DNA from: Octopus sinensis
Lineage: Eukaryota
Length of the DNA: 64,000 nt
Direction of reading: 5' to 3'
NCBI RefSeq assembly: GCF_006345805.1
Contig: NC_043003.1
Location: forward strand, 114,576,001-114,640,000
Shown: positions 12,493 to 25,236 of the stretch, one piece after another
Layout: each line of letters opens with the position of its first letter
How positions within the stretch are numbered: the stretch's first letter is position 1
Program-made: the position numbers and the translations under genes
Notes under the pieces: model-generated
The model's input: the letters and a program-made list of their open reading frames with translations, nothing else
Told to the model about the DNA's origin: nothing
Databases searched by the model: none

Positions 12493-13219
12493 TACTTAAA
12501 TTTACCGTGAAATGGTCCTTTTTCATGCCGAATTCTACTTGCTGAAATTATTGATTACTACATAATTAATTAATTTTACCATTTGTTATTATTGATTATA
12601 TATATACATATTTAATAAGCATTATGTATGTATTTATGTGTTACTATTAGTTTCCTGTGCTGAGCACATGCCAAACTTTGTTCATTCACGTTTGACATAT
12701 CGGCACAGCCATCAGGCACTGCCCACTGAGCATATCGATTTAAAAATGGACGAGAAAAGGAAGTATATACAAAATCTGGAAGGATGAAAACCAGAAAGTA
12801 GCAAAATAACCAGAAAGAAGCAAAAGTGGAAAAGTGTTATATCCCTTACACCGTAAATTATAAGGCTGGAAAATAGGTTTATGATACAGTTATTAACCCG
12901 GTAGAATGTTATTGTAGTAGAGGATAAGCTAATTTGTCAGACGTGTTATAAAACAAACTTTGTCATGTTCTCAGTAGATGAAACTAAAAGTAGCACATAA
13001 AAACATGTATTGTTTTAATTAAATAATATTTATCTCTCACCAGTTGGAGTCCTTTTCTTTGTTGATCTTACTATTATGGAAACGTACACAACATATATAT
13101 GTGTGTGTGTGTATGTATGTATGTATGTATGTATATGTCCACACACACACACACACATATATATATACACATGCATATATCTACATATACATATATGCAT
13201 GTTTATATACAGATACGTA

Positions 13220-13316
13220 CATATGAATAGTATATATATATATATATACAATATATATATAGTATATATATATATATATTATATATATATATACATATAT
13301 AGTATATATATATATA

Positions 13317-13361
<45 letters not shown>

Positions 13362-13382
13362 TATATATATATATATATAGTA

Positions 13383-13415
<33 letters not shown>

Positions 13416-13520
13416 ATACAGTATATATATATAGTATATATATATATAGTATATAGATATAGTATATATAGTATATATATATATATATATATAGTATATA
13501 GTATATATGTATATATATAT
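13220..13520. repeat. Interrupted (TA)n microsatellite
   Basis: Direct reading. Confidence 0.95.
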
Positions 13521-13534
13521 AAGTACATAACTTG

Positions 13535-13686
13535 GAGTGGTTGGCATGAGGAAAGGCACCCAGCTGTAGAAAACAAACCAAATCTGACATTCTAATGCAG
13601 TTCTCCAGCTTACCAGTTCCAGTCAAACCACCTCGCCCGTGCCAGCATGGGAAACGGACGTCAGATGATGATGATGATGATGATGA
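13535..13686 (+). mobile_element. RTE-type LINE 3' end with (GAT)n tail
   Basis: GGTTGGCATGAGGAAAGGCACCCAGCTGTAGAAA..CCAGCATGGGAAACGGACGTCAGATGATGAT; same tail as the 48582-49150 LINE. Confidence 0.7.
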
Positions 13687-13689
13687 TAT

Positions 13690-13880
13690 ATCTTTTATCT
13701 TTAATCTTTTACTTGCTTCAGTCATTACTCTGCAGTCATGCTGTGGTAACTCCTTGGAGAATTTTCAGTGAATGAATCCATCCCGTTTCTTCGGGGTTTA
13801 AGCCTGCTCCTTATTCTATCGGCCTGCTTTGACGTACTGCTAAGTTATGGGGATCAACACCGGTTGTCGAGTGGGGGTTG
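13690..13880 (-). mobile_element. SINE family 2, degenerate 3' half
   Basis: TTTTACTTGCTTCAGTCATT..TTATTCTATCGG..ACCGGTTGTCGAG. Confidence 0.7.
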
Positions 13881-14649
13881 GTGGGAGAGTCTGTGTGAGT
13901 GTATTTATGTGTGTGTATATGTGTGAGTGTATATGCGTGTATCAGTGCGTATATGTGTGTGAGTATGTGCGTGTGTCAGAGTGAGTGTGTGTGTGTGTGT
14001 TTGCGTTTGTTGGTGTGAGTATCTCTTTGTGTGCGTGTGTGAGAGTGTATATGTGTGTGAGTGTGTGTGAGTGCGTGTGTCACTGCGTGTATGTGTGAGT
14101 ATGTATTTGAGTGTGTGATTATGTGTATGAGTGCGTGTGTGAATGTGTGTGTGTCAGCGCGTGCATGTGTGTGTGTCAGTGTGTGTATGTGTGTGTGTAA
14201 GTGTGGGGGATATGTAACACACTGCCTAAATACCAATCTTGAGAAATTAGGCTTCTCAAGATTAAAACGGATAAAGGTAATTCGAAGGCTACAGATCCAA
14301 TCCATCACTGGAACTATAAAATATCTGTAAAACTTTCCAGAAGTTATTCATTTAAATATATATGAGCATGTCTAGGTATGTAACTATATGCATGAGAATA
14401 CATATATAAAACATACAAATCTGCACATACATACAAACAAACAAACAAACTAAAATACCCTGTTGCTGATGTTGAAATCCCAATGAAGGAACATTTGATC
14501 CAGGTTAGAAACCGTTTCTTTCTCTGTTAGCAAGAAACCTTGAAATAAACTGAATAATGACATACATACATACATACATACATACATACATACATACATA
14601 CATACATACATACATACATACATACATACATACATACATACATGCATCT

Positions 14650-14772
14650 GGGACGTCGAAGTGATCACAGAGCGACTTGAGATGCAGTGTTATGCTCGCG
14701 AAGAAAACGGATTAGCCGGTCCAGGAATTGTAACCCAAGGCACAAGGACACGCAATACTGTAACCACGTGAT
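14650..14772 (-). mobile_element. Degenerate tRNA-derived SINE head
   Basis: Minus strand GGGTTACAATTCCTGGACCGG B-box-like motif followed by CORE-like GAGCATAACACTGCATCTCA. Confidence 0.45.
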
Positions 14773-15296
14773 TATGCTCCCTCACTATATACTTACAAGC
14801 ACACACATTCACACAATCATAATACATACGTGTTGTAAATGAACATAATCCAGGTACAACAAAAAGTCGAATGTGCTCGTATGTTTCAGTGTTAAGAATA
14901 TCAAGTTCGAGCGCTGATCATCCACTCCAAGTGCTAGGCCTTAAAATCCATGCTATACTATCCGTTGGTCACCATCTGTGAATAGATAGATAAAAGTAAC
15001 TGAGATCAATGTTAACACAGGATGGATTACCTCGGTTCAGAAAAAATGTGGCGGGTGGGGGGGGGATCTCTAGGGAGAAAACTATGAATAATTAGGCAAA
15101 CCGTTAATTTTTTGTAAAGTGAATGAAAACTTTTCAAAGCTTTATCTGCCCCTTTCAGATATAGTACCTAAGGTCTAGGTAAATTGTGAACAAAAAATAA
15201 GAACGCGCCAGCTAAACGCACGAGAGGTAAGTAAAAAGAGAAACGACGAGAGGAAAATAAAATAATTTGTCATCGCAAGAAACTATGAGAACTTTT

Positions 15297-15713
15297 GGAT
15301 CTTTTCGGTTTGAACGGCAGTTTTTAACAGAATTTCTAGGTAACTAAAAAATTTTAAACTTCGTATACTGGTAGAATGTGTTTAGAAAACATCTTTTTCT
15401 CTTAGCTTTATTGAGAAAATTCTATAGTTTGTCAGATATTTGTTGTTGTTTTTTCTCCAATTTCTGCAATTTCAACCAATCACTGACGGCTATTGAGGTA
15501 AACAACATTCGGTGCCGTATGAATATGTCCCTCGTTTAAGAAACAGATTGGGTTTATTTACATTTGTGAAGAAAAAAAGATACCCTTCCTCCACCCCTAA
15601 CCCTAACCCTAAAACAGATTGAAATGCAATAGATCGATACTAGGGTCATAATTATGGGTGACAATTTCATATGACACCGCTAGAAAAATCTGCCGTTCAA
15701 ACCGAAAAGATCC
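15297..15713. mobile_element. MITE with GG..CC TIRs, 8-bp TSD and internal (CCCTAA)n, copy 1
   Basis: TIR GGATCTTTTCGGTTTGAACGGCAG / CTGCCGTTCAAACCGAAAAGATCC; TSD GAACTTTT (15289-96) / GAACTTTC (15714-21). Confidence 0.9.
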
Positions 15714-16186
15714 GAACTTTCAACCCTGAACAACAAGTTTGCACTAAATTCACAGGTTATTACATTAAGATCTTAGCAACCCCAACGCAAAATATTCAAG
15801 AATAGTTTTAGGGTAAGACCTGGAATATAAAGAAATATCAGAATTATCATAGAGTATGGTTAAGTAAATTTCGGAGTGAGTATTTGCGCAACGTCTCTCC
15901 AAAGAATTTGATATAACTCGTGAATATCTGGTGACGGTTGTTGCAAAACTATCAAACGCGTAATCTTCTGAATGATAACTAATAATTGCTCATTGGTACA
16001 GAAATGTTGCATTCTATGGGGCAGCACTCGTCAACTAGTTTTAAAATAATGACTGTTGAAATTCATTTGGCAGACAAGCTGACATTTTTTTCGTAAAAAC
16101 GTTAGTTGCATAAAACCAGATGCTGGTAGACAAATGTACGGGAGGATAAGCGTGTTTCAATGTAATATGGCGACTAATTAGCAGAC

Positions 16187-16189
<3 letters not shown>

Positions 16190-16259
<70 letters not shown>

Positions 16260-16286
16260 CAGAGGCAGAGACAGAGACAGAGGCAG

Positions 16287-16332
<46 letters not shown>
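16190..16332. repeat. (GA)n microsatellite with GAGGCA/GAGACA interruptions
   Basis: Direct reading. Confidence 0.95.
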
Positions 16333-16335
<3 letters not shown>

Positions 16336-17239
16336 TGGAGAGATGTTTAGAGCTGTGCCGACAAGCTCTTCTTTAACAAAATTTTTACTTAAGGAAACGA
16401 AATGGCGACACAGAAACTTGCTGACTGCAAAGATTATAAAACGACGCTTAACTTTGTACAAATATTCACATACAAAGCAATGAAGCACACACACACACAT
16501 ACGATATGTGTTCATTTACACACACATAGACACACACATTCACATATATGTACACATCGACCAAATATACTACCCAGAAAGCGCAAAAGCTTTCTTGATT
16601 TCAACAAACCATGTCGCTTTGATATTGACCGTTTTAAATTTTGAAAAGTGAAAAATAAACTGATGCAAGTCTGAAAGTACAAACACATTTTAAATAAATG
16701 CAGATTCAGACATCTTGTTTTCATTTATTTAGTGCCTAAGTATGTATTTGTTTGTTTATTTATGGTTAGTGTTAAGTACACCCAATTGTACGTCTGAAAA
16801 TGTAGTCTTTTACGTTTGATAGATTAAACTGCTGTAAATGCAAGGCTTGGCAGGTCAAGAATTTATAAATTTATTGTTGGTGAAATGCGAGAGATGTATC
16901 AGGATACACCCGAGTCAGATAACATCGCTCGTTCACAGAGAGGCTTCTGCGCACATAAATATAGGCACAGACGCAGGATTAAGGCGTCCATACGTACAGA
17001 CTGCACATGCATACACACTCACAAACTTAAATGCCAATACACAGGCGTATACGTGTATATATGCCAGTGTGCGTATATACATAGAACTTAGGGTGTGCAT
17101 ATTGAAGCAGATGCATTAAGAAAGAATAATAAGTTTAATAGATGTTTACATTTAGTAGTTTTGTATATACGTATATATTACACAGAAATACTTTCACACA
17201 AACGCAAGTATATAATGTGTGCATTTGTGTGCTTGTGTT

Positions 17240-17324
<85 letters not shown>

Positions 17325-17721
17325 ATATATATACCTGTCTAGTATATATATATATATATGCATGTATGTATATGTATATACATACATATATATGCACACA
17401 CATTCACACACATATATATATATACATGCATATATAGATGCTTATATGTGTGTATATAAGTGCATTTATATATATATATATATGTTTGCTTATGTATTTA
17501 TACATATGACTCTCCTTCTCTGCATATATATATATATATCCATATAATATACATATAAGTGTGTGTGTCTGTGTGTTTGTGTGTCTGTGTGCATACAAAT
17601 ATAATACTTATAAATGTATACATATATTTTGTTTTGACACGAACGCATATATTGAAATATCTTAATTACATTTTATCATCATCATCAGCACCGATATCAT
17701 CCTCCTTCTCTTCCTCGTCAT

Positions 17722-17762
<41 letters not shown>

Positions 17763-18100
17763 GCAGCTGCACCATTATCCTCATCGTTATCATCATTATC
17801 GTCACCCTTATATACACACCTAACCTTTACTCACGCACTTCAAGTGACAGACATAAACATCAGTTAGGTTCGTTTAATAGCGATGCGGAATGAAGGGTAT
17901 AGCCATTAATTACCTTAATCTATGTAATTAGGCAGGAATCATCACACCTATTTCATTCCGTGTCTGAGAATCTTGAGCGATTAGCCATTGACAACACGTT
18001 TAGTTTCACGACTTAATGAAAGTCCACGAAATATAGTGCTTTAATGACAATGGGCTTATCATTGATTTTGATGTATGTACATGTGTATATGCGTGTGTAG

Positions 18101-18151
<51 letters not shown>

Positions 18152-18349
18152 TGCGAGTAGGTAACGTGATGAGGGTGAGTATGGCTTTGCACGTCAGCAA
18201 CTGACTGAGCGCATGCGCGTCTCCATGTTTGTCTATGAATGAATCTGTTTGCTTTCATATTTGCAAATGTTTTGTCAACATGGCAGATTTAGCATACTTG
18301 CTATTCACACCCACACACCCACACACACATACAGCCATCTATTTTCACA

Positions 18350-18357
18350 ATGATGTG

Positions 18358-18456
<99 letters not shown>

Positions 18457-18629
18457 GTATATGTATATATATATGTGTGTGTGTGTGTGTATATATATAT
18501 AATGCATTTTCGCAATGATGTTTACACATGCATACATACATATAAATACATATGTACACACACGCACACAAAAAAACACACACACACATACATAAATACA
18601 TACATAAATATAGATAGATAGATAGATAG

Positions 18630-18676
<47 letters not shown>

Positions 18677-18685
18677 GATAGATAC

Positions 18686-18763
<78 letters not shown>

Positions 18764-18764
18764 G

Positions 18765-18816
<52 letters not shown>

Positions 18817-18840
18817 GAGATAGATAGATAGATAGATCTA
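18350..18840. repeat. Compound (TA)n/(CA)n/(GATA)n microsatellite
   Basis: Direct reading. Confidence 0.95.
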
Positions 18841-19125
18841 TCTGTTATGTTTTTCCCTTTTCCTAAATGACAAATCTGATGTCTCGTCCCCTCTTTAATT
18901 CGTGCCTGTGATAATATAATCGAAATTTATTCCTTCAGTGCCGTGGGAATATTTGAATTTCAGATTAAGGAATTTAATAATAACTGAAGCTATTTAATAA
19001 GTTTTTCAATGTCTTCAAATCTACTTCACGCTGTGGCCGACTTTATTCATTACAACTCCAAGGTTAACAAGGCTAGTGTTTCCAATCGTCGATTATTTTT
19101 CCACTAAAATTTTGTCACTATATAT

Positions 19126-19510
19126 AGGCGCAGGAGTGGCTGTGTGGTAAGTAGCTTGCTAACCAACCACATGGTTCCGGGCTCAGTCTCAGTGCGTGGC
19201 ATCTTGGGCAGGTGTCTTCTACTATAGCCCCGGGCCGACCAATGCCTTGTGAGTGGATTTGGTAGACGGTAACTGAAAGAAGCCTGTCGTATATATGTAT
19301 GTATATATAAGTGTGTGTGTATATGTTTGTGTGTCTGTATTTGTCCCCTTAGCATTGCTTGACAACCGATGCTGGTGTGTTTACGTCCCCGTCACTTAGC
19401 GGTTCGGCAAAAGAGACCGATAGAATAAGTACTCGGCTTACAAAGAATAAGTCCCGGTGCTCCAGCATGGCCGCAGTCAAATGACTGAAACAAGTAAAAG
19501 AGTAAAAAGA
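19126..19510 (+). mobile_element. SINE family 2 (tRNA-derived, CORE-like), full length
   Basis: AGGCGCAGGAGTGGCTGTGTGG head, CTTGGGCAGGTGTCTTCT core, internal TA/TG tract, (GTAAAAGA)n tail. Confidence 0.92.
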
Positions 19511-20111
19511 GTATATCCATGTTCATAATCTCTATTCGGAAAAGCTGAAAGCCCAAACTCAGAGTATGCTGTAACCAACTTTTTCTGAGATTTTTTATTT
19601 TTCGTTTTAACAAGCATTTATTAAATATTATTGCACTAGTTTGCTTGGAGCTATCAATTTTCATTTTGCATAATGAATAGCAAATACGCAAGATTAACCG
19701 AATTTTCTCTAATATCTATGTACCTCGCACTCATGCACACAGAAGAACGCACATAATGGTAAACGGTTAAATACAGATATTTTATAATATTTTTTTTTAT
19801 ATAAATGAATCATATATATCGTGATTCTTGCTTTTTCCGTTTACACACACACACACATTGAGACACATACAGAATTCTACTCTAGGAAGAGTGGAAGACG
19901 GATTCAGTACGACTTAAGCGAAACGGATAATCTGTTAATATATTGAACCAAGTGATTCATTTCGATCATGAATTGATATTCACTGTTCGATGGGTTTTCT
20001 AGTCATACTGAATCTGATCATAATCACTTGCAACAGTAATCGCAACAGTTTCCCCAACTACTAGAACGATAACGAAATCACCAAGACAGCTTGCTAGTAA
20101 TGGTGAGTCTG

Positions 20112-20415
20112 TTGTTCTTTTTGTTTGTTTGTTCCTTCTCGAGCCATGCCTGGCTCATATGGGCCGGTTTCCCGGTTTCTTGGCGCATAGATTCCCCACC
20201 TGGACGGGACGCCGGTCCGTCGCAGATGAGCTGCAAGATGCAGGAGGACAGAATGAGAGAAAGTTGTGGCGAAAGAGTCAGCAGAAGTTTCGTCTTTACA
20301 TTCTACCGGAGCCGCGTGGAGCTTAAGTGTTTTCGCTCATAAACACACACATCGTCCGGTCTGAGATTCGAACCCGCGAGTCCGCTGCTCTAACCACTAG
20401 GCCATGTGCCTCCAC
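20112..20415 (-). mobile_element. tRNA-derived SINE family 3 with 13-bp TSD
   Basis: Head GGAGGCACATGGCCTAGTGG (A box) and GGGTTCGAATCT (B box); TSD AATGGTGAGTCTG at 20099-20111 and 20416-20428. Confidence 0.9.
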
Positions 20416-20984
20416 AATGGTGAGTCTGGATTCCCTAAACTATATATTATGTTAGTAGCTCTCAAATGGGATCCAGTTCATCCTTGGGGTCCACATAAGA
20501 TTCTGTTGCTAATATTCAAGTGAAATATGCTGGGAATACTTCTGCAATTTACAAATTATCTTAAAGTGAATTTAATTCAATTCCTAAAATAATTATAAAA
20601 AATATGACAAGTTTTTATACGCCGAATGGCTAGGAGGCTCTAACTGGGCACAATGGGAATCAAAAGCAGTCCAGAAAGATGGTTGAGAACAGCTCAAATA
20701 GTAAGAAATTATTTGTTGGCGTACTTCACACATCTCACGTAAAGTAGGCGCTGAGTGATGGAATCGGTAACTGTTCACCGAAAATACTTCAACTGTTTGT
20801 AGTTTGGTTATGGTCTTTAATGTTTTCGGGTTCCTCTCTCATAAGTGCTGGTTTGGGGTCTCTGGTGCCGCATATTTACAACATTAGCATCGACTAATCA
20901 ATTTATGAATTTCTATCGATTTGGCTGAGTTCCTAATGAGACAAGTGCAAAATGTCTCAACATCAATGCAGTCTAAATAATTGT

Positions 20985-21150
20985 TTAAAAATTCAGTACA
21001 AGGCCAGCAGTTTTGTGGATTGCACAGACCCAAGTGCTTAACTGGTACTTATTTTATCGAACTCAAAAGGATGAAAGGAAAATTCGACTCCAGCGGCATT
21101 TGAACGCAGAATTTTAAAAAACAGACGGAATACCGTTGAGTATTTTGCTC
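20985..21150 (-). mobile_element. SINE family 1, degenerate
   Basis: AACTGGTACTTATTTTATCGA..AAGGATGAAAGG..ATTTGAACGCAGAA. Confidence 0.75.
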
Positions 21151-21664
21151 GCACTGCTTTACATACAATCTCTAGATATTAACATTGCAGTTGAAAGGAG
21201 TACGGTGTCTCATAGACACGGCCAATCAGTGGAAACAGTGCAGTTGAAGACGGTGTCTTCGCGTACAGTAGTCTAAATTCCTGAAGAAAGCGTTACTTGG
21301 AGACAGCGTTTTAAGTATATTCTTTCTTCAGACAAGAGGTATCAACGCTTCTTTCTTAATGTAAAGGAAACAGTGTATGTATGATTTGAAAGAGGTCTTC
21401 TTGTTCGTTGCAGTTGAAGCAGTTATTTGTGAGAGCTGCTACGTAATTTAATCGATAGAGAATCTCTGGAGAACAACAAGAATAGCATAACACGAGAAGG
21501 ATATTATATACGGTGATGAACATCTTCATCATAAACATACGTGTGGGGTTGCGTTTGCGTTCGCGTGTCGATTCGTTGGTTTACTTGCGACTTAAAATAC
21601 TACCACAAAACACCAACATTAATTGCATTGTGTGAGCGACACGGAACAACCATCGAACAGGGAG

Positions 21665-21695
<31 letters not shown>

Positions 21696-21931
21696 CAAAC
21701 GGCTCCATCACCGAATTGGTGGAGATACAAACAACGGAAAATAAATATGTGCCTGTGTGTATTATATGGATATGAGTTATATTCATTTATATGTGTGGGT
21801 GTGAGGGTTTTATATAAATATACACATACAAATGTATGTTTGTGTGTGTGTGCCTGTACATGTGTACATATCAAAACGTATATATAGATATGTTTATATA
21901 TATATATATTATAATTATATATATGTATATG

Positions 21932-21993
<62 letters not shown>

Positions 21994-22014
21994 GTATATA
22001 TATATATATACATA

Positions 22015-22046
<32 letters not shown>

Positions 22047-22253
22047 GTTTATATATATATATATATATATATACTATATATATATGTTTATATATATATA
22101 TACATATATCGAAATATAACCATATTTATATGTATATATACGTATATATGCATGTAAGTACGTATATGTATATTTGTATGCATGCATACACACATATATA
22201 TATAAAAGTACACGTACATGTACGTATCTATGTATGTGTATATGTGAGCGCAC

Positions 22254-22290
<37 letters not shown>

Positions 22291-22480
22291 CATGCAGTGT
22301 GAGCGCGTTTCTGAGTCCATAGACGTCTGCGAAGTATGCAGGGATTTGTTAGATTTAGGTTAATCTCTCGTTCGGTATTCCGATCTGGATCAAGTTTAAG
22401 GATTAAGGTGAATTTCTGCGTATAGGTATATACACACAAACGCACATATGTATGTGCATGATTATGTCTACCCCGATGTA

Positions 22481-22518
<38 letters not shown>

Positions 22519-22841
22519 CGCGCGTTTATCCACAGATCTGTGAATGTATATACGATATGATAGAAAATAAGTATTGGCGAGTGTATATTGGGTGATTAGA
22601 GATGAAAGTTGAAGAGACTTGGTCTCTCTTCAGATGGAAGTGGGTGTTTGTGTATTTGAAAGCTTACACACATACATACATACATATACACATACATACA
22701 CATACACACGTATATATATATATATATATCTGCATAAAATAGTGCGTGTGCAAGTGTGTGTGTGTGTGTGTGATTTTACAAAGATGTATATTGATATATG
22801 GTTGCACACACCGAAATGTGTTCGATATATAAATAGATAAA

Positions 22842-22895
<54 letters not shown>

Positions 22896-23349
22896 GAGAG
22901 AAAAAGAGAGCATTAGCTAGAGTGTGTTAGAGTGAGAGAAAGAGAGAGAACCAAACAGACAGAAAAATAAGAGAGTGCTTGTGTGTGTGTGAGAGAGAAA
23001 GAGAGAGAGAGAGAGAGACTGAGAGACGGACGGACAGACAGACGGACAGACAAACAGACCGAATACCTATCTCTGTATCTCAATGTCTGCCAGCTTTGAA
23101 TAGGTTTCGCTAAGCCCTTCGGATATACGAAACGTTTATAAGATTAACGTAATTCACTACCTACCTACATACACACGCACACACACAGACACACATGCGT
23201 GCACGCACACGTACACACACCCCCCCCCACACACACACACACGTACAAACGCAAACACATGCACACATTCTTTGATTAGTCATATCTTAAAGTGACAGTC
23301 AAACAAACTAAAGGTCACGTGACATACACTTAGAGGCACATGCGCCCGC

Positions 23350-23458
23350 GAAGACTAGTATATATATATATAAATATATGTGTGTGTTTTTGTGTGTGTG
23401 TCTGTCTTTGTGTATATGTAGAAACATATCAACATATACATATATTAATACATGTATG

Positions 23459-23545
<87 letters not shown>

Positions 23546-23583
23546 TAAATATATATATATACATATATATACATATATAAATA

Positions 23584-23615
<32 letters not shown>

Positions 23616-23631
23616 CTACATATATATATAT

Positions 23632-23664
<33 letters not shown>

Positions 23665-23673
23665 TATACATTC

Positions 23674-23704
<31 letters not shown>

Positions 23705-23775
23705 CATATACATATATATATATACATATACATACATATATTATAATATATATATACATGCATACATATACATAC

Positions 23776-23806
<31 letters not shown>

Positions 23807-23808
23807 AT
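23350..23808. repeat. Long interrupted (TA)n/(TACA) microsatellite
   Basis: Direct reading. Confidence 0.95.
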
Positions 23809-24010
23809 TCTCCGAGGCTTCCGGCGACTCCAGTCCGACCCCTCAACCTCGCACATAGTTTCCCAGCCTACCCCTTCTCTCCTTCAAATGAGCCCTTAAC
23901 CTGCGTGACCTCCTGCTCTGCAGTTTCTTCCATAACCCCACCGCCCAGCTTGGCTAGTCTCCCCCCCCCCGCTCCCGCTTTCGCACTGACCACTTCCCAG
24001 CACACACACC
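23809..24010 (+). mobile_element. Penelope-like retroelement ORF remnant (RT to GIY-YIG linker)
   Basis: Frames give [14 protein letters not shown] and NLRDLL, matching the PLE motif F.RLQ.DP.T.HIF..PP..AFRR..NLRD.LV; starts at a (TA)n edge. Confidence 0.6.
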
Positions 24011-24277
24011 ACACACTTAAAATACTTAGGAATTCTTTAAAATGATAGAAAACCGTTGTAAATTTCTTTTCGCTGTCGAAAGACGAAAATTCGAAAACAT
24101 GCGTTGGGTCATATCAGCAACACACCTGAACGTATTGATGTTACCGTATGCACATATAACCTTCAGGATTCCCCTTGCACCAACTTTTCACATTCCTAAA
24201 GCAATCTACTCCTATCCAGAAGTGCATTCCTTTCTGTTCGCATCATTATCTTTTATCTTATATTTCTTCCATCTCTA

Positions 24278-24650
24278 AGATTGTGACTAGGCTGGGGAAC
24301 TGCTTTGAAGAACTTTAGTCGAACCAATCGGTCCCAGCATATATAGCAAGCCTGGTACTTTTTCTATCGCACTATTTTGCAGAACCACTAAGATTCGGGA
24401 ACATAAATACGCCAACACCGGTTGTCAAGCGGAGGTGAGGGACAAACACAGGTATAAAGACACACACATACATATACGTAGCTTTAGATATACAGCGGGT
24501 TTCTTTCAGTTTCCGTCTACCTAATCCACTCACAAGGCGTTGGTCGGTCCGAGGCTACAGTAGAAGACACATACCCAAGGTGCCACGCATTGGGACTGAA
24601 CCCAGAACCATGTGGTTGGTAAGCAAACTTCTTACGCAACAGTAGCGCCC
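24278..24650 (-). mobile_element. SINE family 2, near full length
   Basis: Reverse complement of the family consensus including GTGGCACCTTGGGTATGTGTCTTCT. Confidence 0.88.
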
Positions 24651-24669
24651 GCGAATATCTGCATATATA

Positions 24670-24842
24670 TTTTTTTTTTCTGTCTTCCCTTCTCGGGATC
24701 TTTCCTTCTCCTGTTTCCGACGAAGAGCTCCGCTCGAAACGTTAAACCCTCCTTCTTTCCTTCTTTCCCTGAGCGTCCAATAATACTATATTTGTTCCAC
24801 GTCCTTGCGTTGTTGAGTTTTTTTGTGCTTTCTTGTTTGGAT

Positions 24843-24878
<36 letters not shown>

Positions 24879-24935
24879 TGTTTGTTTGTTTTCCACCTGT
24901 CTTCGTCTTTTGTCTATTTTCATAAAGCTTCCCGT
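24670..24935 (+). mobile_element. Short Penelope-like pLTR-type elements between (TA)n tracts
   Basis: Shares GAAGAGC..GCTCGAAACGT..CCTGAGCGT with 464-662; second tail piece at 24875-24935. Confidence 0.65.
24713..24747 (+). ncRNA. Minimal type I hammerhead ribozyme motif (U4C core variant)
   Basis: GTTT-CCGACGA-A-GAGC-TCC-GCTC-GAAA-C-GTT-AAAC: perfect stem I and stem II, palindromic AACGTT stem III. Confidence 0.65.
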
Positions 24936-24964
24936 TATATATATATATATATATATATATATAA

Positions 24965-25200
24965 TCAACTGCACAAAGCCACTTCACAATTTGCTCATCT
25001 CCACAGTCACGTCTGTACGATTTAACATTTCCTGTGCCAACCGTACGTTCAACATGAATGCACAATTCCACACCACGGCCTTCATGTATCTGCAACACCA
25101 TAGGGTCTCGCTATTCACATTATGGGCATTAACGGACATAACTTGCACGTGGCCACAGCGACATGTGCACATCTCCAAAGTAACGCATGCACTTTTCTAC
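24965..25200 (-). mobile_element. Highly degenerate RTE LINE remnant
   Basis: Weak similarity (EGR....IVKWLCAV) to the RTE motif KGRLY..MLRWMCNV also seen at 48857-49072. Confidence 0.35.
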
Positions 25201-25236
25201 AGCATGGTCTTCACATACTCAGAAATGACACTATAT

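Noticed and set aside
15595-15612. True telomere or chromosome fusion site
   Set aside because: Only 2-4 CCCTAA units, always at the same position inside the MITE.
20676-20748. MVENSSNSKKLFVGVL, resembling an RRM RNP2 motif
   Set aside because: Frame closes after 23 codons, no RNP1, and no convincing splice sites.
21262-21320. CTGAAGA-containing hammerhead-like stretch
   Set aside because: No GAAA core half and no stem pairing.
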